A stretch of DNA of 63,739 nt, the filler included, from Hyphochytrium catenoides (lineage: Eukaryota; Protista; Hyphochytriomycota): the NCBI GenBank assembly GCA_900088475.1. It is 6 parts of 6 records of this genome, joined end to end, with 100 filler letters (N's around TTAATTAATTAA, not from the genome) between each part and the next. Parts side by side here need not be neighbours in the genome. Positions count along the whole stretch, not along the records: positions 1 to 29,847 come from FLMG01003139.1; 5 more parts are not named here. The stretch is one strand, 5' to 3'. Positions 1 through 10,340 of the stretch are shown here, in pieces. The position numbers were made by a program, and so were the translations under genes. The notes under the pieces are model-generated. The model saw only the letters and a program-made list of their open reading frames with translations, ran no database searches and was not told the origin of the DNA. Position 1 is the first letter of the stretch, and each line of letters starts with the position of its first letter.

Positions 1-960
1 TTTTCCTCCTATGGGCATGCTCTGCGACGTATCCTGTCCGAGCCGCTGCATAAGCTTGTACTCTTCCAAGCAAGGCATTCGGGTGCTGGAGGTGGAGAAT
101 TAGTGATTCCTCCGTACGAGGATTGAAGCCAAGCTCTTCCTTCATTTGTAGCAGGAACAGTGGTGGGTGTGGCGGGGGGTGGTGTTGTCCCACCTCAGTG
201 GTACCTCGTACCAGCTGATCTATACTTATTATTAGTCAAGAAGCTGTATTTTTCGTTTCCAGAAAAAGGTGGCAACCCACTAAACGCTTTAACAGAAATA
301 TTCAGTGAAAGCTTTCAGAGTATACGTTTCTCGGCAAGCTTCTAGGAAAGCGTAGGGGGGCTTAGGTCTACATTAGGTCGGGAACATCAACAATAAATTG
401 CGCTAGTTGCAAATCAGCATGCCTCAGTTTGTGATCTGTATGACCTTTAAAAGTGGTGTTAGGTCATGAACCTTCTGAATGTATAGATCATAATAAAAAC
501 CTACAAACACCTAGTCGTTAACGTCCCATGCTGCTGACCATGAAGTCCAACTTTTCAACTTTTCCCCCTCTCTTCATCTGAACAAGAAAAACCAGAAAAA
601 CCACCACTGAGCTATTTACCTCTAAAGGCCAGAGAGCTTCTCACGACCTCTGGCGAGCATCAAAAAATGAGTGTATGAATGGCCCGCAAGATCATTTGTA
701 CCACCAGTCATTAAATAGCTGCTCTGGCCCTCTTAAGCGGCACCGTAGGCTCTTTCACTGGATAGTACGCCTGTAACACCCAGCGGCACCAGGAGGAGTC
801 TTCTTGGGGGTGGAAAGCTTTGACACGCGAATGCCAATGGTTTCTACATCTTCAAGGCCAACATTTCTTCGCCGGTGTTCATAAGCGTGAAGTTCCTTGT
901 CTCCTTCCATTTGGATAGGTCTACCCCGTACTCCTAACAGGCATGATGCTCATATGCCAT

Positions 961-1290
961 TAGCTCTTTGCATAGGCCTAGACCTAATGCAGTAGAGAAC
1001 GTGGTAGCTCTTTGAAATAGCTCTTCTGATAGCTCTTCTGATAGCTCTTCTGATAGCTCTTCAGAATAGTCCTTGATTTAGCCTTCATATAGCTCTTTGA
1101 GATAGCTCTCGAGTTAGCTCTTTGGCAAAGCTCTCCAAATAATGGCCCTTGAAATAGCTCGTCAGGTACCTCCTGAGATAGCCCTTCCGATGGCTCTTGT
1201 TGAGATAAATACCTCTTCTGATAGCTCTTGAAATAGCTCTTCTGTCTTATGGCTTTATTGGAGAATATCTCTGGAAGTATGTAGCTCTTC
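961..1290. repeat. Degenerate ~12-bp-period repeat array (core TAGCTCTT)
   Basis: Perfect GATAGCTCTTCT units at ~1016-1062 and roughly a dozen degenerate AGCTCT cores across the interval. Reads KSYQKSYQKSYF on the minus strand. Confidence 0.85.
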
Positions 1291-1332
1291 CTCGACATTC
1301 GATCAAACTCTCCTGTCTTCCTATGACTTTAT

Positions 1333-1453
1333 GGTGACAAGAAAATGAGAGGTAGACTGTGGTCTTTGCTGTCTGACATCTGCATAGTGATCAATAAATT
1401 GGGTGACAAGAAGATGAGAGGTAGACTGTGGTCTTTGCTGTCTGACATCTGCA
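1333..1453. repeat. 52-bp direct repeat pair, period 69 bp
   Basis: GGTGACAAGAA(A/G)ATGAGAGGTAGACTGTGGTCTTTGCTGTCTGACATCTGCA at 1333-1384 and 1402-1453, one mismatch, 17-bp spacer. Confidence 0.95.
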
Positions 1454-3560
1454 CCAAAATAGAAAGAATCAACATCATGCGGAGAGAAAAAACCCGACTC
1501 ACTGCTATTTCTTTACGGTGTATTAGGAAGCCGGCCTCTTCAGGCAACCCTAGCAATAAGATTAACTTATGGATTCGAAAGTTTCTCAATAAAACTTGTT
1601 TAAAACTTTATACTCTCACTCTCAATCTTATCTGGACGACGCTGCTGCTTCCGGTTCTTTTAGCCTGGTCTCACATCTGGACAGATTTTCAATGGTACAT
1701 CAAAAGTGCGTGTTCTCTCAAGGACCCTTGGCTCCTACCATGAGACATTTTATTACCCCTAATGGTAAATCCAGTTCTCTCACTGCTCGGCTATCAGGAG
1801 CTATCGGCACTCAGTGGTTTTATATTTCACTCACCAATTCGCCTTTAGAAAGAGAAGGCACTCTAGAGCCTGTCTTCATCGCCGACTCTCGCTCGTTGCT
1901 AAAAGGGCGGTGGTACTGTCATTGAGTCTCTTCTTAGAGGAAACGTCCTAGGGAGCAAGGTGAAGCTGCGACCTGGCCAGCCAAAGCGCAGCCGTGCTCT
2001 CTTGACGATTTAGCTTCGTAGTCTCACACCTCATCTACGTAGAGATGTTAACCTCTTTGTCTTTGTTCATTAAACTTCGGCAGGTTCGAAGGACCGCCAA
2101 GCGGCTTCTCTCTCACTATGGAATCCCTAACTCTAGAAGAAGATTGGGCGTACCAAGCTGCTATGACCATTGTTCCCGCTACTCTCTACTACTCACATGC
2201 TGGTGGTTTAGTTAGCTGGTGGTCGTCAGTCGGAGCCGCGGAACCTGTTGGAGACTGCGTGGTGTAGGGAGTCCAACTCTGGCCTATCCAATGAAGGTGA
2301 CCAATTTTATCTCTTCTCTCTAGCGATGATCCGGAACAACGCGCCGTGCTACCAAGACCTAGGATAAACCGATCTTCTAACCCTCAACGTACTCCCTCTC
2401 TGATAGATATGACGAGGACTTCACGGCAACCGCTCACTGCCAGCATGCAAGTCTTCACTTCGTGCTAGTTCACTGTCATACTGGCGTTAGGGAGGACCAT
2501 GAACGTTCAGAGCACAACATGCTCTAGGCCCTTCTATAGTCTGATACTGAGGTCCAACTGGGGTCAATGATAAGTGAAGCCGAATGGAACAATTAGCGGC
2601 TCAGAGGTGCTGAGGTCTTTGCTGAGGTCTTTACTGAGGCTTTGCTGAGTTCATGCAGTGGTACTCGTAGCGCTCTGGCTCTGTGAGGCATGATGTGACT
2701 GTGTGAGGATAACACCCACTTTCAACTTCGTCTATAGCTCTCTACGTTATCTCATTGTTTCCTCCTCCCTTCCGCAAGATAATCGTCTTGCAAGGGAAAG
2801 ACACTCGTTGCTGAAGACGTTGAAGAGCTATCTTGGGTTAACTCTGAACTGCCTGGAGTCGCTGGAAGCTGGTCTCCGTGGGAATGTGGATTTGCAGGGA
2901 CCATGTAGCAACTGCAAATGTTTGGTGCGTATCGCCGGATCCATCAACAGCGATGGAAGACCCACCTGCATGGAATGTACGTAAGCCTCCGGAAGTAAAG
3001 CTACTTAGTCTAGTCGGCAAAGCCCGTGCTGTGAAAATCAAGAGCTTCGTTCTGCGGAACGCCACTGCGAAATTCCAACCCTTGTCTTACGCAGCTGGGT
3101 GCTGCTCGGCCAGAGGTGATCTCTGGTGTCTTACGCCAAAGCGAGGCTATTCTCTCTAAGGACGCAGTCTTTAACGAGATCCATGCCCTCACCCCAGCTT
3201 ACCAGGAAGACTTGATTAAGAAGTTTGAGCTAGGTGTTGACGGTGGCCATACAAAGCTTCCATCAACGATATGGAGCTCTGTCTTCACCAGCACCGAACC
3301 TGCTTATTTTCGACAAAGTCACCACGACACTCTGTCCTCACTAGCTGACTAACTCCTATGAATCGGGTCATTAAAAAATAATGGATGCTGCGTCAAGAGT
3401 CATCAAATCATAAAGGGTGCCTTAAACTGCTGCTCTTGGGCCTGAGACTTGTGCCTGAAGGGGCGAATAATAATCATGGGTGACGAATAACAGTTAAGTC
3501 TAGCCGGACAGAGTTTGTACACTGCCTTACGATTGGAAAGAATTGTTGACCTCTGCTGTG

Positions 3561-6480
3561 CTAAAATTGAAACTCGTCAACATGAGCGATCACCGTAGTT
3601 GGGTCCGGCGGAGCTTTGAGATAGCCCCGGAAAGCGTCCTGGAGGGTGTGAGGCCCTGCTATGAAGAGATGCAGCGGCATATCGCCTGCATCTCCCTTCT
3701 TGGAATTGCCAGCAGCCAGTGGAGAGGTATCAAGACCGCCTTCGAGCAAATGTTTACGTTCGCTCAGAGCGGTGTCCATTAGTTCCTTCACCACAGGCCG
3801 CCGACCGCGACAAATAGGGAAGCGGCTCTCAATCTCTCGGTCCAGCCCACTTTCGCCATCTACCTGATGGATTGGTCCAGGGCGCCCCGTTGTCACCATC
3901 TCGACGTCCACACGCCCTGCTAGGCTGCTGTTGCCCGCATGGTGCAAAGCCTGGGTTGTCTGCCTTGCTGGGTTTACGGCCGGGCGCTGCTGCTTGTTTA
4001 GGGCCGTCACAGGAGAGCAGTAGTTACCTTCTTCCTGTAGTCACCTCCTTCCTGTAAAGGCAGGGGAGAGCTTCTCGACAACCATGTGCTTTTCTTCTCC
4101 CTTACCGCTGGCAAGAGACTTATCGCTGCGGCAGAGACAGCGACAGTTGAGATATTGCAGTATATCCCAGCGGTTAATGACCAGAAAAGTGAGCAGACCT
4201 CCCACCGCTAGGAAGAGCGTCGGCTCTGCAATGCGCACAACATACCACGGAACACGATCAGGGAGGAGAACTAGCTCAAACTGCTCATGGTTGTTGGGAT
4301 CTAGCCCGAGCTCTTCATACTTCTCCTTTCTGTACGTCGTGTTCACCGCACCGGTAAAATACCATAAGAGAAGCACCGAGAGCATTGCCACAGCCCACAC
4401 CACGACATGGAGGGCTACTTCATGCCAGCAGCCAAGGTGAATTGGTTTAAAAGCTCGGCGGGAGCGAGCTGAAGCCCCTAGAGCCCGCTTGTTGCGCTCA
4501 TGAGCTCTATCTTGGTTAGCATGCCGGCTCTTGAGCCTTCAAATCCCTTTCTTAGCGGCTTGTTAGGTTGTTCTTCCTCAGGTCTCCTCCTCCTCGAGGC
4601 GCTGGTACCCATCACATCCAAAATAACACTGCTCCTCTCAGCATCCTCCTCCTTATCATCATCTTGAGTCCCTCACGCTCCTTCGTGGTAAAGATCAGCT
4701 GCGGCGCCCTCTTTTGGCCTTGTGATGTAGAGATGGATCTGGATAACTTGCCCTGCGGTGGCGACAATCTCCTCTAGTTCTGGGAGAAATGGAGCAATGG
4801 CAACCTCTCCCTTACCACCCAATGAAACTCCACCCTTTTAGATGCTGAAGAAGTAGGATGGCGAAGATACTCTCGGTAGCACTCCTTCAGAATACTTAGT
4901 GCTGGGGTGACGCCTATGCCCCCCGTGAGCAATAACACACCCTCCTTCAGGTGATAGAACACTCTAGCGCCGTAATAGCCATCCACCTTCACCATAGGCA
5001 TTACTCCTCTGGAGCTTCTTATTATCCCTCTGCCAGCATTAGCCGCAGCAGGGGAGCATGGTGCCTCCTCTTCCTGTAAGCAACCTTTGATGAGCAAGGC
5101 CATATTGGCTGTCCGTGTGCCCAGGACCTTAGCGTGTACCGTAAAGCTGTGTGGGTCATCCGATTGATGGAGCTGAGCTGATACTGAAAGGATGGGATTG
5201 CACTTCAGAGATAGCTGGTACGCAGAGGAAGACATATTGGCCAGGATAAAATTGGTGCTTCAACTCTGGTGACCTTGCACTCCGCAGTGCAAACAGCCCC
5301 GCTTCGGGGTGCCATTGGACCTCTTGCACCTCGGCGTTAATAGCCATCGTCATCCCTGTTCGTACGCGGAAGATGATGTAAAGGAAGGCGGCGGGATAGA
5401 TAAACATGAGAACAGTCTCGAAGTGCAGGATGGAGGCATAAAAGGCCGCTATAAAGAGAAAATGCGAGTAGTAAAAGAGCTCAAAGTAGCGGCGCCGAAC
5501 AACTTCTAGAGAGGTCAGCCAGATGAAGGTGAAGAGAATGCCGGCGATAAGGCCCATAAAATTTGCCAACGTATCATTGCTGGTGACCAGAGAATATTTG
5601 AATCACACGGGAGCTCTGGCAGCGTTGGAGGCATCTCGCCGGCTGCCGTAGCAGCCTGAATACCGGCAGCAGCAATCAGATACTCAAACATGAAGGGATC
5701 CGAGATTTGCTTCGTCTTGCATGGCACTGCATTCTCCACCCACCCTCCCTCAATCCACCAGAGGACGAAGTAGAGAAGGCCGTGAATGTTGAAGCAACTG
5801 ATGGCAATACGACTAAGCCAACGATGGTATTTGATACATCTGTCAAAAGAGAGACCCAGCAACTTCATCCAAAAGGCACCTCGAGAGACAGGAAACAAGA
5901 GGAAGAAGAAGCTGCAGAGACCTGAGAGGCCAAAACCCAGGGCAAAGAGCTCAATCCAGAACTCCGTTCGAGTGTGCTCAGCCAGGAAATAGTCAGCATA
6001 ATACTCCGTAGAAACGAAGTGAAGGTAGGTGACAAGGTTGATGAGCGTCAAGAGCACCGTGAAGGATGAAAAGGAGCTCCCCAAGCGAGAACCAACGACC
6101 GTACCAGAACACCTGCGGACGTCCCAACCTGGTCCAAAGATTGGCAGCAACGTGCGAACGACGATCTCCGTCATTTTCTTGGAAATAGTGTAAGTAAAGC
6201 AGGCCCAGGAAGGTAAAAACTGCTGTGGGAAGAACAAGGCACAGAAAATGGCCTAGGTATCAAGCATAGGTGCTCATATAGAAGCCGTCGGCAGACGAGT
6301 ACTCCTCAAGATTATGCGAAAACTCATGCATGAAGTCGTTGAATGGCTTCACCAGGATGTGGCGTGGACTACTATAACGTAGAGGACACTAAGAACCATT
6401 CCACCTATGAGAAGATAGCCCACGTGGGTCCCCTTCTGCTCACCAGGATGAGCGTGAGAGAGCATCATGCAGACGAATGG
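3561..6480 (-). pseudogene. Ferric reductase (FRE/FRO, NOX superfamily), frameshifted
   Basis: Motifs occur in order across shifting frames. Heme histidines: KYHRWLSR, NIHG, FYYSHFLF, ILHF. FAD-binding: PGQYVFL, HPFSISS. NAD(P)H-binding: VDGYYG, LLTGGIGVTP, FHWVVRE, IHLYITR, GRP, FIAGP, terminal HVDEFQF*. Frame breaks near 5600, 5165 and 4785 are too short to be introns, and there are stops in the 5' part. The 5' boundary is approximate. Confidence 0.85.
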
Positions 6481-6877
6481 TAAGCCTCTGGCTGGGGGAA
6501 TCAACTGGCGCTTGACATTACTAGCCTGGGAGCTCTCCTTGCCGCCTAGCTAGGTCAAGCAGAAGGAGGCTCNNNNNCATCAAGCGATAATTGACTGTTC
6601 CTGCTGCGCCGAATAGGTGCAGTCAGCTGTGCCTCCCCTCTCCGTTGCCGCTGTGTCTAAGTCTGGGCAGGCAGCAGAGGCTGAGGCTGACCGAGCAAAT
6701 CTGAGACTGAGGCCCAAGGTCAGCCCCATCCTCTAACCGCGCCAGGAAAACCTAATATCCCTTCCCGGATATTCAACCCTGGCGGTGGGGCAGTCAACTC
6801 ATAATAGCGGCAGCAGAAGGTCTAGCCAGCATTTTCACGAGCCATCAACCAGGAAGGTGAGCAAATGAGGACCTAAA

Positions 6878-7115
6878 CAAGATTCGCTACCAAGGTTCGC
6901 GACAAGATTCGCCTTTCTTACCCAGGTTCGCCCCAAGCTGTTCCTCTACCATCAGTTTCCTGGGCATTCCACCGGTAGATAGACGCAGGCGGCTTGTACT
7001 TCAACATTGGAAGCCTGGAGGCAACCGTCCGACATATTTTACAATGTTTCCACCATCAGTTTTTTTGGTGATCCACCGCTAGATAGATGCGAGGGTGGGC
7101 CTTGGTACTTCAACG
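6878..7115. repeat. Short CAAG(A/G)TTCGC repeats plus a degenerate ~70-bp direct repeat (period ~104 bp)
   Basis: CAAGATTCGC-like units at 6878, 6891, 6903 and 6922. ACCATCAGTTT..TCCACCG.TAGATAGA.GC..GTACTTCAAC at ~6948 and ~7052. Confidence 0.7.
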
Positions 7116-8518
7116 TCTTTGAGGGCGCCCCATTCGACAGAGCTTTACTACCCTCCAAACAAACTGCTCATACCACACAGATGCGCAACAAAGAGTGAAG
7201 ATTAAGCAGGCAGGCAGATGGAGAGAATACGACCAAGAGGACCCAAAAATGGGCCCCAGATGACGGAGCTAATAAGCAATGCTAGGCTAGTGAACAAGAG
7301 AACAGACAATAGTAAGAGACACAACAACAGAAGGAGCCAACATCATACTTTATTAGAGCTATTATTTTCAATGAGGAATGGCTGGCCCGCACAGCTATGA
7401 CGCAACCTGAAAGAGATGGCCAAAGAACACCTTCAAGGCTAATCGCTTTGCTCCTCCTTTTCAGCCCTACGGAAAACGGAGTCCCTATCATAACAGTGAG
7501 ATATAAAGTCACAGAGAAAGATGAACTAGTTACGAGAAGGTATCTGAACTCTAGTACAAGTAAAGATTGTAACACGAGTAAGTAAGCCTTCGCTAAGCGC
7601 GACAGAAGCTCCTGTCCGCAATAAGAATGTGTTCTCTGAAGATGAGAAAAGCGGCTAGACTAAGAGTCTCCTCTCATTATGCGTACAGGCAGAGGAAAAA
7701 AGAACAGGTCTTTCCTCAATAGAGAGCTACCCTAAGAAAAAAAGCATCGTGCGGAAAAGCAGGAAAGCAATAGCAAGAAGGAGCCTATAGACAACAGAGA
7801 TGAGAGGAGAGAAAGCCTTCTCTCCTGATTGAGAACTCTATCACGCTATGACTGTTGACTTGATACTTGCACCTCTTCTGCAGATAGGAAGGCTCTTCAC
7901 AAACCCGTCAATTATTCCCAGAGCAAAACCTCTACGCTGCTGCAAGAACGAAGGAGTCGAGACAGCTCTTGCTAAGAGTAACATCCCGGTTGCCTATCCT
8001 AGTCAGCTGGTTAGGTGTCAAAGTCCTAACCCTTCAGGTCTTAACAGATGAGGGAGACCAAGCCTCCGCAGATCAAACGACACTCTGCATACTCCAAAGG
8101 TAAGGTATCACTAGAGTCCCTTGCTGCTATCCACCAATCTTGTCGTCGTTACCATTTGTTACAGTACAGAGGGAAGAGCATGAGCTGTATCTCCCATTCC
8201 AACAATATCGTGCGTGTGGACGAGCTACACTGGCTGATTGAAGGTCAAGTGAGTCTTCGTAAAGAGCTCTATAGTACGTTGTAGAAAGCGAAGGCCTTAC
8301 GGGCTGATCTAGTCTTTTTCTTAGCAAGATGCCAACTCTTTAGGGTCTATGTGGCCGAGAATCCTTCGCTCTTACTCCCATATCTTCCAACCATTGTGGC
8401 AGAGATTGACCTCAAATGCTCCTTTGGTTTCATCGGTCTGACATGTAAAACGACATCTCTGAGTGGGCTGGAAGACCGCATTCCACATAATAGCTTGTTC
8501 TGGACCATTTCATCGTAC

Positions 8519-9583
8519 CTATGCAGTATAGGCAAAGAGAATGAGGCTTGAGGCCATCACCAGCATCCCTACAATTATTCCAAAGGGACACACAGACTTC
8601 GAACCATCTAAAGTGAATGCCGCTGGTAGCAGCTCTTGTATCACTACCATGGTCATGATACCGCTTACAATACCAAATAACCACCCAAACAAAGAATCGC
8701 TTATCGTTACACTCTCGCTCTGAGCAGAAAGCGCAGTCCATGCGATGAGGGCCCCGAGTGGTTCAGATAAAGCGGCGATTAGCGACCAGAGAAGCGCTTT
8801 CTTCTTGCTTCCCGAACTATAGTAAATTGGTACGGAGATGGCAAACCCCTCAGGTACGTTATGAATTGCAATGGCGAAAGCGATAGAGACTCCAATAGAA
8901 GCATCATCTATCGCCCCAACATAGGTAGCAAAACCTTCAGGAATATTATGAAGTCCAATGGCGGCTGCTGCTAGCACACCGACGCGTTTGATAGAGACAG
9001 AAGGTGGTGGTGGTAGGCTTTTCGCCGGCTGATGTGGTGTCGGGCTGGAAGTTATGTCACCGTAAGCTGTACCACTATTTGGAGAAGATTCATGAGAATG
9101 GAGTGCTGATGGGGAAGGAGATTGGGACTCGAAAGGTTCCATTCGGATGGTCTCGCCGAGCTCTATCTCTCCTTGGCGTTTTAGGACCTGATGAACGATC
9201 TTTTCAAGAAGTACTGTAACGATGATCCCTCCGGAAAACGCTAGGGTTGCGAAGAGTGTCGACGTTCCTAGAGAATAGCCGTGGGTCTTAAAATGCTCGG
9301 TCGAGAGATGCAGAATATCGAACAACGCCACAAACAGCATCACTCCACTAGCAACTGCTAAGGAAGCGGCGACGTATTTTTCCGATCCAGAGGAGTCGAC
9401 ATGCAGCTTCTTTTTGGCACAAAAAATGACAATTGAGCCCACCAAAGAGAAAGAGCCCGCCACAAAGGCCAGAGCAAACGCGACCCCAACGTTTGTAGCC
9501 TCGTCATCAACGCCCTGATGAGAAAAGGATGAAGCACGTAGTACACGTCTCACAATTCGTTGCTCGACGAGAAAATAGTGCAT
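8519..9583 (-). CDS. ZIP-family (ZupT-like) divalent metal transporter, intronless
   Basis: AIGLHNIPEG and AIAIHNVPEGFAISVPIYYSSGSKKKA signature helices, SEPLGA, QELLPAA, about 8 hydrophobic segments and a variable loop after TM3. First ATG at 9583; the ORF stays open to 9661. Confidence 0.93.
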   Translation of the reverse strand: MHYFLVEQRIVRRVLRASSFSHQGVDDEATNVGVAFALAFVAGSFSLVGSIVIFCAKKKLHVDSSGSEKYVAASLAVASGVMLFVALFDILHLSTEHFKTHGYSLGTSTLFATLAFSGGIIVTVLLEKIVHQVLKRQGEIELGETIRMEPFESQSPSPSALHSHESSPNSGTAYGDITSSPTPHQPAKSLPPPPSVSIKRVGVLAAAAIGLHNIPEGFATYVGAIDDASIGVSIAFAIAIHNVPEGFAISVPIYYSSGSKKKALLWSLIAALSEPLGALIAWTALSAQSESVTISDSLFGWLFGIVSGIMTMVVIQELLPAAFTLDGSKSVCPFGIIVGMLVMASSLILFAYTA

Positions 9584-10340
9584 TCCCCTCTTATGTAGTT
9601 GAAGAGACAGACAAGGGTACCACTTTTGAGCGATGAAGAGAAATCTGTGAACTAGCAACAAGGAAGAAAGTTCACTAGAGAACGTAGGCGGCCAAGTGTA
9701 AGTTCACACAGCCTGCTTCGTAAACCAGTAGAGCCCCAACACAAGCTAGGGGAACATTGTAGTTCCACAAAGGATCTTTTTTTGGGACAAAGATTAGTTC
9801 CCAAAAAGACGGGGAATGTTTCTCAATGAGAATGATTTATGACTGATGGCGTTAGATTTGGTCTAGGATGGGTAGGCTGAAGGCGTACAGGTCGTCGTAG
9901 TTGGGACTTTTTCTACTGAGAGTGTCCAGGATCAACTATGTTGCTCGCAAAACCAGTGACTCAGTTTGGTGAGCAGATGCCGCCCCTAAGACTGTTACTA
10001 TGGGGCGCACCGCTTGGGTGCTGTACAAGGAGCTAAAAGTATCAAAAAAAGTGCGCTTCCCACTGGGTGGTTTGATGAGATGGACAACCAGGAAGCAGAA
10101 ACACCAGAAGACCTCAAGATGGAAGCACCAAATGAATGTCCCCAAAATGTCAGAATCTAGCCTCCTANNNNNNNNNNNNNNNNNNNNNNNNNNNNNNNNN
10201 NNNNNNNNNNNNNNNNNNNNNNNNNNNNNNNGGACCACCTCGAGAAACTACCGATGTCATAACTATTATTGGAATGTTTTTACTATAAATGGGGTTCTGG
10301 AGATAGTACTACTCCGGTAGGCAGGCCTCCCATAAGTAAG

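Noticed and set aside
603-614. A-box-like TAGCTCAGTGGT on the minus strand
   Set aside because: No anticodon arm, B-box or acceptor stem follows, so no tRNA is supported.
1333-1453. Repeat-spacer-repeat resembling a mini CRISPR array
   Set aside because: Only two copies, a 52-bp repeat with a 17-bp spacer, no cas genes, and a eukaryotic context.
3561-6237. Programmed frameshifting or RNA editing in the ferric reductase
   Set aside because: No shared slippery motif at the breaks, and there are additional in-frame stops. Decay or sequencing error is simpler.
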